Shown here piece by piece: positions 17,372-26,860 of a stretch of 55,754 nt of DNA (positions within the stretch are counted from its first letter, which is position 1; every line of letters begins with the position of its first letter). This DNA is from Nanobdellota archaeon (GTDB lineage Archaea; Nanobdellota; Nanobdellia; Woesearchaeales; JAHJEM01). A program made the translations under genes and the position numbers. The notes beneath the pieces are model-generated. The model was given only the letters and a program-made list of their open reading frames with translations, was not told where the DNA came from and did no database searches. The stretch lies in contig JBDRSD010000063.1 of NCBI GenBank assembly GCA_043825215.1, forward strand, positions 1 through 55,754. The letters run 5' to 3'.

Positions 17372-18352
17372 TCATTTAGAAAGATATTTGAGGAAGATTC
17401 CCTCGAGTTTCCTGCATTGCTTCCCAATAAAGTCTTCACCATCGGTTTCTCTCCCGACAAACCAATGCTTGTATGAAACAAGAGCAGTCGCTATGAATGT
17501 GACCTCATACATATCCCTCCGCTCTTCAAAACCTTGAGGGAGTTTAATCCCTTTTCGGACAATCTTTTCAATAAGACGTTCACTGTCCGGAATATCCGCA
17601 ATATGATGGAAGTCCTCATCCATTGGCCCTGCCATTGCCCACTCCCAATCAATCAGGCCTGTGATCTTTCCCTCATGCGCGAGGATATTCTTAAGATCTA
17701 AATCAGAATGGCAAAGGGTAATCTCAACAATTCCCGCATATACCTTTGCAAAGTGATCCCTAAATCTCTCGAGTGATGGAACGTAAACCGAGAATCTACT
17801 ATCTTCTCTTAATGGAGGGATGCGAAAATCGATTAAAGAACAGATATATTTTGCGAATGTATCGAACGGCCCAGTGTTCGAGTCCACCAAGGGACCAACC
17901 TGCATATCCTTCAAAAAGCTTCCAATCTTTGGAAACCTAAATGATTTCAACTGCACAAAAATATCTGCGATACTCTCTAAATACACATCCTTTTCTTCAG
18001 TTGTACTCTGGTCAAAAGTCTTGATAAGCTGCTCTCCCTGTAACCTTTCCATCAGGATATATTCAAAACCAATCCGATCCCTCGTAAGATCATACGCTAG
18101 AATTCCCGGAACGGGAATCGTCGTCCTATTTCTGACAAAATCCATGACCATAACTTCACTTTCTGTCTTATTTTTCCAATGTGGATTTGTCAAGCGTAAA
18201 GCAAGCCGACGTCCGTCTTTTGTATCTAAAAAATAAAGTGGGTTAATGACTCCTCCCTCGAATCGTTCATAGGATTTTACACTAGTTCCAATATCCTGCA
18301 GAATCGTGTTTATCTGTTCTTCAGTGATCTGATGGCTGGCTTTTGGTTGCAT
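17372..18352 (-). CDS. aminoglycoside phosphotransferase / choline kinase family protein
   Basis: IPVP..YILMERLQG, HSDLDLKNIL, GLIDWEWA. Confidence 0.88.
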   Translation of the reverse strand: MQPKASHQITEEQINTILQDIGTSVKSYERFEGGVINPLYFLDTKDGRRLALRLTNPHWKNKTESEVMVMDFVRNRTTIPVPGILAYDLTRDRIGFEYILMERLQGEQLIKTFDQSTTEEKDVYLESIADIFVQLKSFRFPKIGSFLKDMQVGPLVDSNTGPFDTFAKYICSLIDFRIPPLREDSRFSVYVPSLERFRDHFAKVYAGIVEITLCHSDLDLKNILAHEGKITGLIDWEWAMAGPMDEDFHHIADIPDSERLIEKIVRKGIKLPQGFEERRDMYEVTFIATALVSYKHWFVGRETDGEDFIGKQCRKLEGIFLKYLSK

Positions 18353-18390
18353 ATGCTTCGCGAGTAAGAATTATGTTATAAATATTCTCC

Positions 18391-19749
18391 TTACAGAATG
18401 AATGACTCTTGTCGTGCAGGTATCTTGCATTGGAATCCCTTCTCTGTCAGCTTTTCCTTCAGTGCCTGTGCTGGTTTTTCCTCTCCATGCACGATAAAGA
18501 CCTTCATAGGCTTCTTGAACCCAGATGCCCACCACAAGAGATCCCTCTGGTCAGCATGCGCAGAAAACCCGTTGATCTTCTCCACCTTTGCCTTCACAGC
18601 AATTTCAGTACCCATCATCCTAACCTTCTTTGCACCCTCAAGGATGAATCTGCCAAGCGTCCCCTTGGCCTGAAAGCCCACAAAAAGGACAGTGTTCCTC
18701 GGATCCCACAACCCGTGCTTCAAATGATGCCTGATACGGCCAGCATTCGCCATGCCTGAGCCTGCAATGACAACATATGGCTCTTTTTTCTCGTTTAACA
18801 TCTTTGATTCATGCGTGCTGTCAAGCATGACCAGATTCTTGAAAGAGAACGGGTGGTTGATGTTCACCGTCTCGTCATAGCATTCAGGATGCCTCTCGAA
18901 AACCCGGGTTGCCTTTATAGCAAGCGGGCTGTCCAAGTACACTTTCTCATTCGGGAATTTTCTCTGCAAAAAACTCTTCCTCATGCTATAAAGGAGTTCC
19001 TGAGTCCTCTCAACAGCAAAAGATGGTATCAGCAACCGACCTCCTTTCGCATACGTCTCCCGCGCAATTCTCACGAGCAGCTCATCCCTGCCTATCGGAT
19101 CCTCATGCATACGATCGCCATAGGTAGATTCCATGATGACATAATCTGCTTTCAGGACCTGTTCAGGATCCCGCACGATAGGCACATCCCTCTGGCCGAG
19201 ATCCCCAGAGAAGACAAGAGCCTTATCCTCCAGGCGGATTCTGATTATTGCTGACCCTATGATGTGGCCAGCATCAAAGAATTCGACTTCCACTCCTTTC
19301 ATCGGTGAAAAAACGCTGTGATACGATGTCTTCTTGAAATGCGGGAACGTCTCTTTGACATCCGAAAGTATATAGAGTGGCTCCCTCTCGGGAACGCCCT
19401 GCCTCTTCCTTCTCTTGTTCTCCATCTCTGTCTCCATCTGCTGGACATGGGCAGAATCCTCAAGCATGATCTTGCAGAGGTCAATCGTCGCGGGCGTTGC
19501 AAAAATACTTCCCTTAAAACCCTCTCGTACAAGCTTTGGCAGAAGACCGGAATGATCAATATGCGCGTGCGTCAGCAAGACAAAACCGATATCCCTCGGC
19601 TTAAAAGGAAATTCCTCGTAATTGATCCGAGTAATGTCTTTTGTGCCCTGGAACATCCCGCAATCAACGAGAAACCTGACCCCATACGATTCTACCAGAA
19701 AGCACGAACCAGTCACGCCCCCTGCCGCACCACAGAATACAAGTCGCAT
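18391..19749 (-). CDS. metallo-beta-lactamase beta-CASP ribonuclease
   Basis: THAHIDHSG, AGHIIGSA, MESTYG, FSAHAD. Confidence 0.92.
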   Translation of the reverse strand: MRLVFCGAAGGVTGSCFLVESYGVRFLVDCGMFQGTKDITRINYEEFPFKPRDIGFVLLTHAHIDHSGLLPKLVREGFKGSIFATPATIDLCKIMLEDSAHVQQMETEMENKRRKRQGVPEREPLYILSDVKETFPHFKKTSYHSVFSPMKGVEVEFFDAGHIIGSAIIRIRLEDKALVFSGDLGQRDVPIVRDPEQVLKADYVIMESTYGDRMHEDPIGRDELLVRIARETYAKGGRLLIPSFAVERTQELLYSMRKSFLQRKFPNEKVYLDSPLAIKATRVFERHPECYDETVNINHPFSFKNLVMLDSTHESKMLNEKKEPYVVIAGSGMANAGRIRHHLKHGLWDPRNTVLFVGFQAKGTLGRFILEGAKKVRMMGTEIAVKAKVEKINGFSAHADQRDLLWWASGFKKPMKVFIVHGEEKPAQALKEKLTEKGFQCKIPARQESFIL

Positions 19750-19803
19750 AAGAGTTCATGTCCGCACAGACGTTTTTAAATGTTACGGCGCCAATTTGCC
19801 CAT

Positions 19804-19925
19804 TCATCTGAATGTAAAGATAAATAGCTGAAACCCTTTTCCTTCAATAGTAAACTCAAGATAATTCTCGCCATAGGCATCACCTGAGACGAGCGTGTAC
19901 AGGCCTGCGCCATTGATGATACGTT
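19804..19925 (-). pseudogene. possible remnant of a DipZ-type C-terminal domain
   Basis: startless frame GLYTLVSGDAYGENYLEFTIEGKGFQLFIFTFR* resembles the LY.LV..L...GF..YTFTFG ending of DipZ-like proteins (recalled, not searched). Confidence 0.35.
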
Positions 19926-19990
19926 CATTTATATGCAGAGAGATTTAAAAGAGTTGTGGATACAGCAAGAATACACCTAGAAATTCTCCT

Positions 19991-21184
19991 CTACCTAATA
20001 ATTCCCATCTCTCTGCCTTTCTTTTCAAAAACAGCAAGCGCCCTTTCAAGAATCTCTTCGGTGTGCGTCGCCATGTAACTCGTACGAAGGCGGGAATGCC
20101 CTTCAGGAACAGCAGGGCTGACAACAGCATTTGTAAACACGCCCGCATCATACATCACTTTCCAGAACTGAAAAGTGCGCATGTCCTCACCAATGATAAC
20201 CGGAATGATTGGCGTCTCGCTCACACCGGTGTCATAACCCATTGCAGAAAGGCCCTCTTTCATCTTATACGTGTTTGCCCATAACTTGCTTCTCCTCTCT
20301 GGCTCAGTCTGGATGATATCCAGGGTAGCGATCGCAGTCGCAGCCTGCGCAGGAGGAATACTCGCGCTGAATAGAAAAGGCCGTGATACGTGCTTGATAT
20401 AATTGATGATACTTTCTTTTGCGGCGATGAAGCCGCCGAGACTTGCGAAAGATTTGCTAAAGGTTCCCATAATAATATCCACTTCATCTTCCAATTGAAA
20501 ATGTTCGCAAGTTCCCATCCCAGTCTTCCCAAGGACCCCTATCCCGTGAGCATCATCGACCATGACTGCCGCATCATACTTCTTGCACAGGCGAACGATT
20601 TCAGGAAGTCTTGCAATATCCCCTTCCATACTGAAGATGCCATCAATAACCACAAGACGTCCCTTATGCTTTTGCGCGTAAATGAGAACACGTTCGAGAT
20701 CCTCCATATCATTATGCCTGAACTTCACCGTATCTCCGAACGAAAGCCTACAGGCATCGACGATGCTCGCATGATCCGCACGATCAATAATGACTGCATC
20801 ACCTTTGTTCACCAAAGCTGATATGACCCCAAGATTCGTCTGGAAACCAGTGCTATAGACGAGGGCAGCCTCCTTCTTCATCGCTTTTGCAAGCTTTTCT
20901 TCAAGCTCAACATGCAAATCCAAAGTCCCGTTCATCAGACGAGAACCAGTGCAGCCGCTGCCATACTTCTCAATGGCCTTGATGGCTGCCTCTTTCACCC
21001 GCGGATCAGATGTGAGACCGACGTAATTGTTCGAGCCGAGCATGATCTTCTCCTGCCCATCAATCATAACCGTCGAATCTATCTCTGACTGGATAGGCAC
21101 GAAAAAAGGATAGAAGCCATTCAGCCTGATGAGTCGCTCTGCCTCTGCAATCCTTCCATTGGTGCATTTGTCAAATAAGCTCAT
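19991..21184 (-). CDS. PLP-dependent alpha-oxoamine synthase, serine palmitoyltransferase-like
   Basis: GSNNYVGL, YGSGCTGSRLMNGT, DHASI, DDAHGIG, GTFSKS. Confidence 0.88.
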   Translation of the reverse strand: MSLFDKCTNGRIAEAERLIRLNGFYPFFVPIQSEIDSTVMIDGQEKIMLGSNNYVGLTSDPRVKEAAIKAIEKYGSGCTGSRLMNGTLDLHVELEEKLAKAMKKEAALVYSTGFQTNLGVISALVNKGDAVIIDRADHASIVDACRLSFGDTVKFRHNDMEDLERVLIYAQKHKGRLVVIDGIFSMEGDIARLPEIVRLCKKYDAAVMVDDAHGIGVLGKTGMGTCEHFQLEDEVDIIMGTFSKSFASLGGFIAAKESIINYIKHVSRPFLFSASIPPAQAATAIATLDIIQTEPERRSKLWANTYKMKEGLSAMGYDTGVSETPIIPVIIGEDMRTFQFWKVMYDAGVFTNAVVSPAVPEGHSRLRTSYMATHTEEILERALAVFEKKGREMGIIR

Positions 21185-21459
21185 GATTCCCTTCTTAGGA
21201 CATTCATTAAGCATTTAAAGGTTTAGTTTTTTTTTTAAATTGAAGAAGAATTATACAACCTGCAGATACTGAATGGCATGGTTGTCGAACCAGCCAAGAA
21301 GACCTGCGCTCCGATGACGAGAGATTTCCTGCCAGATTGCAGAGACGCCTTTTGGAAACCCCTGACACCGCTCTTTAAAAACTAAAAAAAACAGGAATAA
21401 AACTGCTCCTGCCAATGTTCAGGCTGAAAGGAGCGAATCCCTCTCAGACTTTAGTAATT

Positions 21460-21747
21460 TCAATAGAATCCTGACTTGTCTATTCTATCCTGTGTGGCCT
21501 TTATCTGCTCAATGGCTTGCTTGTCAAGCTTGTGCTCTTTCACCCAATAGATGCCTTTTGCAGTATCTTTGCCCAAGTAGCCGAAGTTGACAAGCTCTCG
21601 TCGTATCAGCGTGTGATCATCGACGTCGAATGCCCTTATCTTTTCATTGACTTCCTGTTCAGAATAGTTCCTGTCCTTGTCAAACGCAGAAGCGATCCTT
21701 GCGAGTATCTCCTGCTTTTGCACATCGTCGCGAGGGAGGGTGATCAT
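21460..21747 (-). CDS. DUF2087-like winged-helix protein
   Basis: TLPR..K..IL..YSEQEVNE..DDHTLIRRELVNFGYL. Confidence 0.75.
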   Translation of the reverse strand: MITLPRDDVQKQEILARIASAFDKDRNYSEQEVNEKIRAFDVDDHTLIRRELVNFGYLGKDTAKGIYWVKEHKLDKQAIEQIKATQDRIDKSGFY

Positions 21748-22526
21748 CGTGTCTTCAATCTCTCCTTCTCTTTTTTGAGCTTGAAATACGTGGCAAGTGT
21801 CTGCATGACCTCGTGGAAGGTGACTTCGTCCTTGATTAAAGGAATCATGTCAGTATCCCACCTGTTTTTGAGCTTCTTGGCATTGTTGAACATGCGAATG
21901 ATTGAGAATTCATCTCCAGATTCCTTGCACTTCTTCTCGACAAGCTTCATGTTGATGGGGATCTTATGCTTGATGATCTGGTAGATGTCGTAATGGTCAC
22001 GTGGACGGTTCCTGCCTATTGCTGCTGCGACCATTTCGGCGACCATTTCTTCAATGGATAGAGTCTTGACGCTAAAGTTTGGGATAAATCTATTATAGAA
22101 GTGTTCTATAGAATGTTTTTCTGGCGGTGTAAGAAGTTTTCCTCTCTCGTTTAGGTCAAGGAAGAGTGTGTCTGGCTTTCCAGTAAAGCCATAATAATGT
22201 GCCACGAGCCGTGTGAATCCTTCCACGTCCTTATCATTTGTTATCTTCTCGAATAATCCACTCTTTTCCAGTATTGGTCTTATTTCTGCGATGACAAGTT
22301 TGATATCCCTTGTCAAAGTATAGTCAATGTCCTCGCTCAGCCTTGCATGATGCAAGAGTATTTTCTGAAGGGCGGTGCCTCCCTTAAAATACACACTCTT
22401 TACGTCTTTCAAGAGAAAAAGGGTTCTCATAAGATAATAATCCTTCGTCAGAATCTCCTCATTAAAACCCTGCTCCAGGACAATCTGCTTGAAATCTTCA
22501 ACCCTTAACGCCTTTTCTTCATCCAT
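21744..22526 (-). CDS. AbiEii-like nucleotidyltransferase toxin (type IV TA)
   Basis: KDYY, FKGGTAL, RLSEDID, RPRDHYD. Confidence 0.9.
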   Translation of the reverse strand: MDEEKALRVEDFKQIVLEQGFNEEILTKDYYLMRTLFLLKDVKSVYFKGGTALQKILLHHARLSEDIDYTLTRDIKLVIAEIRPILEKSGLFEKITNDKDVEGFTRLVAHYYGFTGKPDTLFLDLNERGKLLTPPEKHSIEHFYNRFIPNFSVKTLSIEEMVAEMVAAAIGRNRPRDHYDIYQIIKHKIPINMKLVEKKCKESGDEFSIIRMFNNAKKLKNRWDTDMIPLIKDEVTFHEVMQTLATYFKLKKEKERLKTR

Positions 22527-23005
22527 ACTCTCATCTCTTCCTTATTCATAATCCTAAAAGGATGATCATTGATATACTCTGTCACTGCCCGTCCCACTTT
22601 CTTCTTGCTCGTCCTTCTGAAAATGAACGATGTCGTCAAGAATCTCTGCTTTCCCTGCCTTTTGACAGAAGAAACCTCGATCTTCATAGGGATCTGATCG
22701 GTAAGCTTCCAGTAATTCGCAGCAGCCCACCCACTAATAAAATATCCCTCGCCATTGAACAGTTCATCTGCCAGGATGAATGAATCCTCAGACCACATGT
22801 TTGACTTTGCCATAACTGGAACCAGGTAATACTTCGTTCTGTTAAGCTTGACAATCCTCTTCTTCTTGAGCAAATTCTTGATAATATTGTATCTTTGCGT
22901 CTTATTCTTCGCAAATGTATCAACATCATCTGACGTGAAAAAATATTTCTTCTGAAATTCAAGTGGTGAGACAATTTCCATTTCCTTCTTTGACACTCCT
23001 CGCAT
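22505..23005 (-). CDS. AbiEi-like antitoxin
   Basis: wHTH N-terminus, YFISGWAAANYWKLTDQIP; overlaps the toxin gene. Confidence 0.85.
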   Translation of the reverse strand: MRGVSKKEMEIVSPLEFQKKYFFTSDDVDTFAKNKTQRYNIIKNLLKKKRIVKLNRTKYYLVPVMAKSNMWSEDSFILADELFNGEGYFISGWAAANYWKLTDQIPMKIEVSSVKRQGKQRFLTTSFIFRRTSKKKVGRAVTEYINDHPFRIMNKEEMRVWMKKRR

Positions 23006-23011
23006 TTTAAC

Positions 23012-23037
23012 ACCAATTAGTAGTTTTATTACTAATT
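23012..23037. promoter_or_regulatory. inverted repeat in the AbiE promoter
   Basis: aattagta...tactaatt between the TATA box and the start codon. Confidence 0.5.
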
Positions 23038-23061
23038 AATGTTACAAGTATTTAAATGTTC

Positions 23062-23343
23062 TCATTTTCTTACCCTGAGTACATTCTCAAGATCTTCAAA
23101 ATAATCATTTACCTGTCTTGCGGTAGTCTCCTTGATAAACCTCTTATTAATTTTGAATTGCTTTCCATTTTTCAAAGGAGTGGAAAGAATTGATGTCAAA
23201 CGTTCTGCCAATTCCCTAGCAATCATGGTCTTTTCCACCATCTTGAGACGAGTCTCTTCATCAGCAGCGAGCCAGTCAGTCCAGAATTGTTCTGGAGAAT
23301 GTTTTTCGAGTTTGATTTCGTTAATTTTCTTCATTGTTCTCAC
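23062..23343 (-). CDS. hypothetical protein
   Basis: 93 aa ORF with plausible composition, no motif recognised. Confidence 0.45.
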   Translation of the reverse strand: MRTMKKINEIKLEKHSPEQFWTDWLAADEETRLKMVEKTMIARELAERLTSILSTPLKNGKQFKINKRFIKETTARQVNDYFEDLENVLRVRK

Positions 23344-23460
23344 CAGTATATGCGAATCGATGGAGTCTTATATTCTTTTTGCCGAGATGTCCTGTGATAA
23401 ATTGCGAAAGAATCGGAAGAATTTCGAGAAATCACTATGCATTATCACAATACAAAGGAA

Positions 23461-23557
23461 TGCTCCCGCCGGGATTCGAACCCGAGTCGCTGGATGTTTC
23501 CGGCGCACGTTGCGCTTCGAGAATCCAGCATGATTGGCCGGACTACACTACAGGAGC
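23461..23557 (-). tRNA. tRNA-Glu(CTC), 22-nt intron at 37/38 (23496-23517)
   Basis: GCTCCTG/CGGGAGC acceptor; CTGGA stem; TTCT/GGAA BHB helix. Confidence 0.95.
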
Positions 23558-23636
23558 GTATATTTATGAAAGTTGGAAGGTATTTATAAAGATATTTGTC
23601 TCGATAGAATTAAATTAATAAAAAACAAGAGAAATC

Positions 23637-24074
23637 TTACTTCCTTGCCTTCTCGACTTTACCACGCCTCAGTGCATTCAATGACTGGTCATTGACCTTG
23701 ATGACACACCAACGAACTCCAGGAATATCTCCCTTGGAACGACCCATCTTACCGCCGATACGTTCGATCATGACCTCGTCGTGCTCGTCTACAAGCTTTG
23801 TCGCGCCATCACCAGGCAGGAATGCAGTGACCTGCTTTCCGTTCTTGATGAGCTGTACGCGAACGCACTTTCTCATGGCAGAATTCGGCTGTTTTGCCTC
23901 AAGTTGCACCTTTTCAAGAACAATACCTGAAGCCTGAGAACTTCCCTCTAATGGATCTGACTTCTTAGCAAGGCCTAATGTCTTTGCAGCATACCACTTA
24001 TAGAGCTTCCTATAGCGGTGATGCCGCTTCTTCAGCGCCTTTGCACTATTGATCCCTGATGGTTTATTTGCCAT
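23637..24074 (-). CDS. rps12: 30S ribosomal protein uS12
   Basis: [29 protein letters not shown]. Confidence 0.98.
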   Translation of the reverse strand: MANKPSGINSAKALKKRHHRYRKLYKWYAAKTLGLAKKSDPLEGSSQASGIVLEKVQLEAKQPNSAMRKCVRVQLIKNGKQVTAFLPGDGATKLVDEHDEVMIERIGGKMGRSKGDIPGVRWCVIKVNDQSLNALRRGKVEKARK

Positions 24075-24142
24075 TATCCTCTGAAGATTTCGAGGTAGTT
24101 TTTAAAGGTTTCTCTTCTTAAGATGAATGAAATCTATTGTCT

Positions 24143-24445
24143 GTGCACGCCACCTCCCCGGTGGCTGGACGGCCATGCTTGCTTTGCTCGCATGTCCTAC
24201 AAACCATCCCGACGGGGCCACAATGCAAATCTCTGATTTGCATGTGCATGTGAATTTTCAATTCACATTGCATCCCCCGGTTTGTCCAGCGCCGAGGTGG
24301 CGTGCGATGCGACGAGGGTTGGCTCCGTCGGAGTGTCGCATAGGCCGAATACACTAAGTGTATGAGGCCGCAATGTAAATCTCCGATTTACATGCGCACG
24401 TAAATCTTTGATTTACGTTGCGTCGCACCGCCACCACGAGGCATA
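24143..24445 (-). ncRNA. structured ncRNA, candidate SRP (7S) RNA with palindromic insertions
   Basis: 12-bp helix gcacgccacctc/gaggtggcgtgc plus gctggac/gtccagc closes two arms; second arm has TAGG...AGCA resembling SRP helix 8. Confidence 0.4.
24216..24424 (+). repeat. two ~59-bp double-hairpin repeats with compensatory changes
   Basis: about 24216-24274 versus 24366-24424; four palindromes AYGYRAATY-nnn-RATTYRCRT. Confidence 0.85.
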
Positions 24446-24519
24446 TTAGGATATATTTTCTTTTTGTCAATAATAAGTGACAATGAACATTTATATACTG
24501 TACTGGTATCTCCTCTTTC

Positions 24520-25260
24520 ATGACAAACCCTGATTATACACGATCCCTGGAAAGCGCCCTCGCACTAACACTTGCCCTTGACAAAAACACAAGAAGCGAG
24601 GGTGAAAGGTCTGTCAAACCCGAAGACGGACTCGTCAAGGTCATCTTCTCAGATGAGAAAATGGCAGGACTGCAACTCACCACAGACGGATACCTCATGG
24701 TTGATTACCATCGTGCCTGGCCTCGTTACCGGGAAGAAAAAGGCGCGCGAGTCGAGACAACAACAGGAACGCATCAGCTCACACCTGAAATGATCTCCTG
24801 GCCTGGAGCCGACATCATGATCCTCAAGGCAGATATCCCTGAAGATCCGAGACCAATCCCCTATAATGTCGCCCTGTCAGATGTGAAATTTGACCCTTTT
24901 TTCGCCTTCATGAACGAGATCACATACATTGGAGTGCAGAATAATCATGGCATACGAACAGAAAGAATCAAGGGAAAGATCATCGGAGAAAGCCAGCGGA
25001 GCATATGCTACTCCCGACCAGATTTTGACATGTCCATCTACGCATTTCCGACCAACATCCCGAACACGGGCAATGTTGCGGGCAGAGACCTCATAGGAGG
25101 CATCTTCATAGATGACACTGGCTATCTGCAGGGAATAGCAGTACCAACCCGGCCAAACTATATGCTCATACCCTTCCAGACCATGCAGGATTGCGCAAGA
25201 AAAGCAGGGATAACAAGAGCGATGACCACATTCGGCATACGCTGGAAAGTGCCTGCATGA
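24520..25260 (+). CDS. hypothetical protein, possible degenerate trypsin-like fold
   Basis: GYLMVDYH..DIMILK..LIGGIFIDDTGYLQGI spacing; nucleophile Ser absent. Confidence 0.5.
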   Translation: MTNPDYTRSLESALALTLALDKNTRSEGERSVKPEDGLVKVIFSDEKMAGLQLTTDGYLMVDYHRAWPRYREEKGARVETTTGTHQLTPEMISWPGADIMILKADIPEDPRPIPYNVALSDVKFDPFFAFMNEITYIGVQNNHGIRTERIKGKIIGESQRSICYSRPDFDMSIYAFPTNIPNTGNVAGRDLIGGIFIDDTGYLQGIAVPTRPNYMLIPFQTMQDCARKAGITRAMTTFGIRWKVPA

Positions 25261-25590
25261 TCATTTCTTTCCATAAACAGTCCTTCTCTCCATCACCAGG
25301 TGTTTCTCGTCCGGAACAGAAATGTAGACCTCTTCTCCAGGCTTTAAATTGATGCTCCTAATGATATCCTTGCTAAAATAGATGCCAAGCCTGCCCTGTG
25401 AGAGCTTGACGACCTTCTGCCTGATCTGTAGAGGGTTCTTTCTGAGTTCCTCAACGACCTTTCTCGAAGATACAGGCTCGAATTCAAAATAATCGCATTT
25501 AGGGCATTGGAAACTAATGGCCTTCTGTTTCGCTCCTTCTACGCTAACAAAGACTTTCCTTAGTGTGGCTTCACATTTTGGGCATTTCAT
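25261..25590 (-). CDS. zinc-ribbon plus AbrB/MazE-type DNA-binding protein (putative antitoxin)
   Basis: CPKC..CPKC; GRLGIYFSKDIIRSINLKPGEEV. Confidence 0.8.
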   Translation of the reverse strand: MKCPKCEATLRKVFVSVEGAKQKAISFQCPKCDYFEFEPVSSRKVVEELRKNPLQIRQKVVKLSQGRLGIYFSKDIIRSINLKPGEEVYISVPDEKHLVMERRTVYGKK

Positions 25591-25796
25591 TGTAACCTTT
25601 TTGCGTTGATCACCGTTACGGTGTTGTTATTGACGGAATACACGATATAAAATCCATTTTCTTTAATGACGTATGTGTTTCCTTTCTTTCTTGCATTTTT
25701 TGTTAAAAGTATTAAATGAACAACCTCACTCCAAGGCACATTTGCATGTTCTCGGATATAGTGATCTGATCTTCGAATATCTTTGAAATACTTCAT
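25587..25796 (-). CDS. putative RelE/DUF4258-like toxin
   Basis: 69 aa basic ORF, SDH..VTVINAKR; overlaps the antitoxin-like gene. Confidence 0.5.
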   Translation of the reverse strand: MKYFKDIRRSDHYIREHANVPWSEVVHLILLTKNARKKGNTYVIKENGFYIVYSVNNNTVTVINAKRLQ

Positions 25797-25926
25797 ATAA
25801 CCACTTCAATTATAAAAATGTAGTCATTTTGACTATTAAATGATTGCGGAGAAATGTCCAGTGACATTATCATCAGATCAGTCATAAACAAAATCTTTAT
25901 TAATTCTCTTCTAAATCTATACATTA

Positions 25927-26448
25927 ATGTATCAACTTGATATGTGTATTGGTGCTGGAAGATTTGGTGTATTCTTTAGGATCAAAGACCATCCACGTGT
26001 AGGTGCGAAGATTTACCTTGTTGATGAGTTCTATAATAATGAATTTATCAAAAAAGAGCTAGAAAAAGCAAGAGTCATTAAAGAACTCGGTATCTCAGTA
26101 CCACGTTACGTTGGTATTGCAGATTTCCTTGTACCAAGTGATATTCAAGAAAAATTGGGCTTCGTCAGAATGGATTCTATTAAAAAATCCATAGTATTGT
26201 CCTGGGCAGGTAAAACCAAGAAGGGTCTGATCATAGAGATTCTCGAGAACGATTTACAATCAGTCCCTATTAAAGAATTACGAGACCAATATGCAATAGA
26301 AAAGGCAAAACTGGACCAGTTGGGGATTAGAGCAAGGGAAACAGGACCAACAACCAATGTCTTATGGAGCAACAAAAAGAAAAGAATTTACCTCATTGAT
26401 TTTGATGATTGGGTTTTCCCCAAAGAAATGTCTCATTCAATTAAATGA
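25927..26448 (+). CDS. minimal protein-kinase-like (RIO/Kdo-type) protein, atypical catalytic loop
   Basis: IGAGRFG Gly-loop, GAKI Lys, NVLW, IYLIDFD. Confidence 0.65.
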   Translation: MYQLDMCIGAGRFGVFFRIKDHPRVGAKIYLVDEFYNNEFIKKELEKARVIKELGISVPRYVGIADFLVPSDIQEKLGFVRMDSIKKSIVLSWAGKTKKGLIIEILENDLQSVPIKELRDQYAIEKAKLDQLGIRARETGPTTNVLWSNKKKRIYLIDFDDWVFPKEMSHSIK

Positions 26449-26860
26449 CCTTAATCTCCTTCAATTCAGGAAAGAACTTCTGGATGGCTTTCTCATACTC
26501 GCGCAGGTTCTGGGCCTTTGCCCCAATCATGAGTCCTCGCGTCTTCTCGTCAGGGCCGGACACAGTCACAATCCCATTCTCCTCCCGTATTTCCAGCACT
26601 TTAAGTGGTGCCATGATGTTCACGATGAACTGGAGCATCTCAGGTTTGTACTCGACGATCTTGAACTTGCGCTGCAAAAGCCGATCAAGCTTTGTCACAT
26701 TCATCTTGTTCTTGCCAAGCGCTCGCCCAATCTCGCCTTCATCGACGAGAAAGATGATCTTTTCCCGCAAGAAAAAGCAATCCTTGAGCTGTGCGCTCGT
26801 CACCTTCTCAAACAATGCCATGAGCCGAAGCGTCTCTTCAGTGTAGAGTATCCTGTTCAT
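26441..26860 (-). CDS. nusA: archaeal NusA (KH domains)
   Basis: GEIGRALGKN, GLMIGAKAQNL; position in the RNA polymerase operon. Confidence 0.92.
   Translation of the reverse strand: MNRILYTEETLRLMALFEKVTSAQLKDCFFLREKIIFLVDEGEIGRALGKNKMNVTKLDRLLQRKFKIVEYKPEMLQFIVNIMAPLKVLEIREENGIVTVSGPDEKTRGLMIGAKAQNLREYEKAIQKFFPELKEIKVI

Noticed and set aside
24143-24445. RNase P RNA, or the 76-78 aa ORFs at 24118-24357
   Set aside because: No GAGGAAAGUCC or other P4 motif on either strand; the ORFs look non-protein-like and overlie the helices
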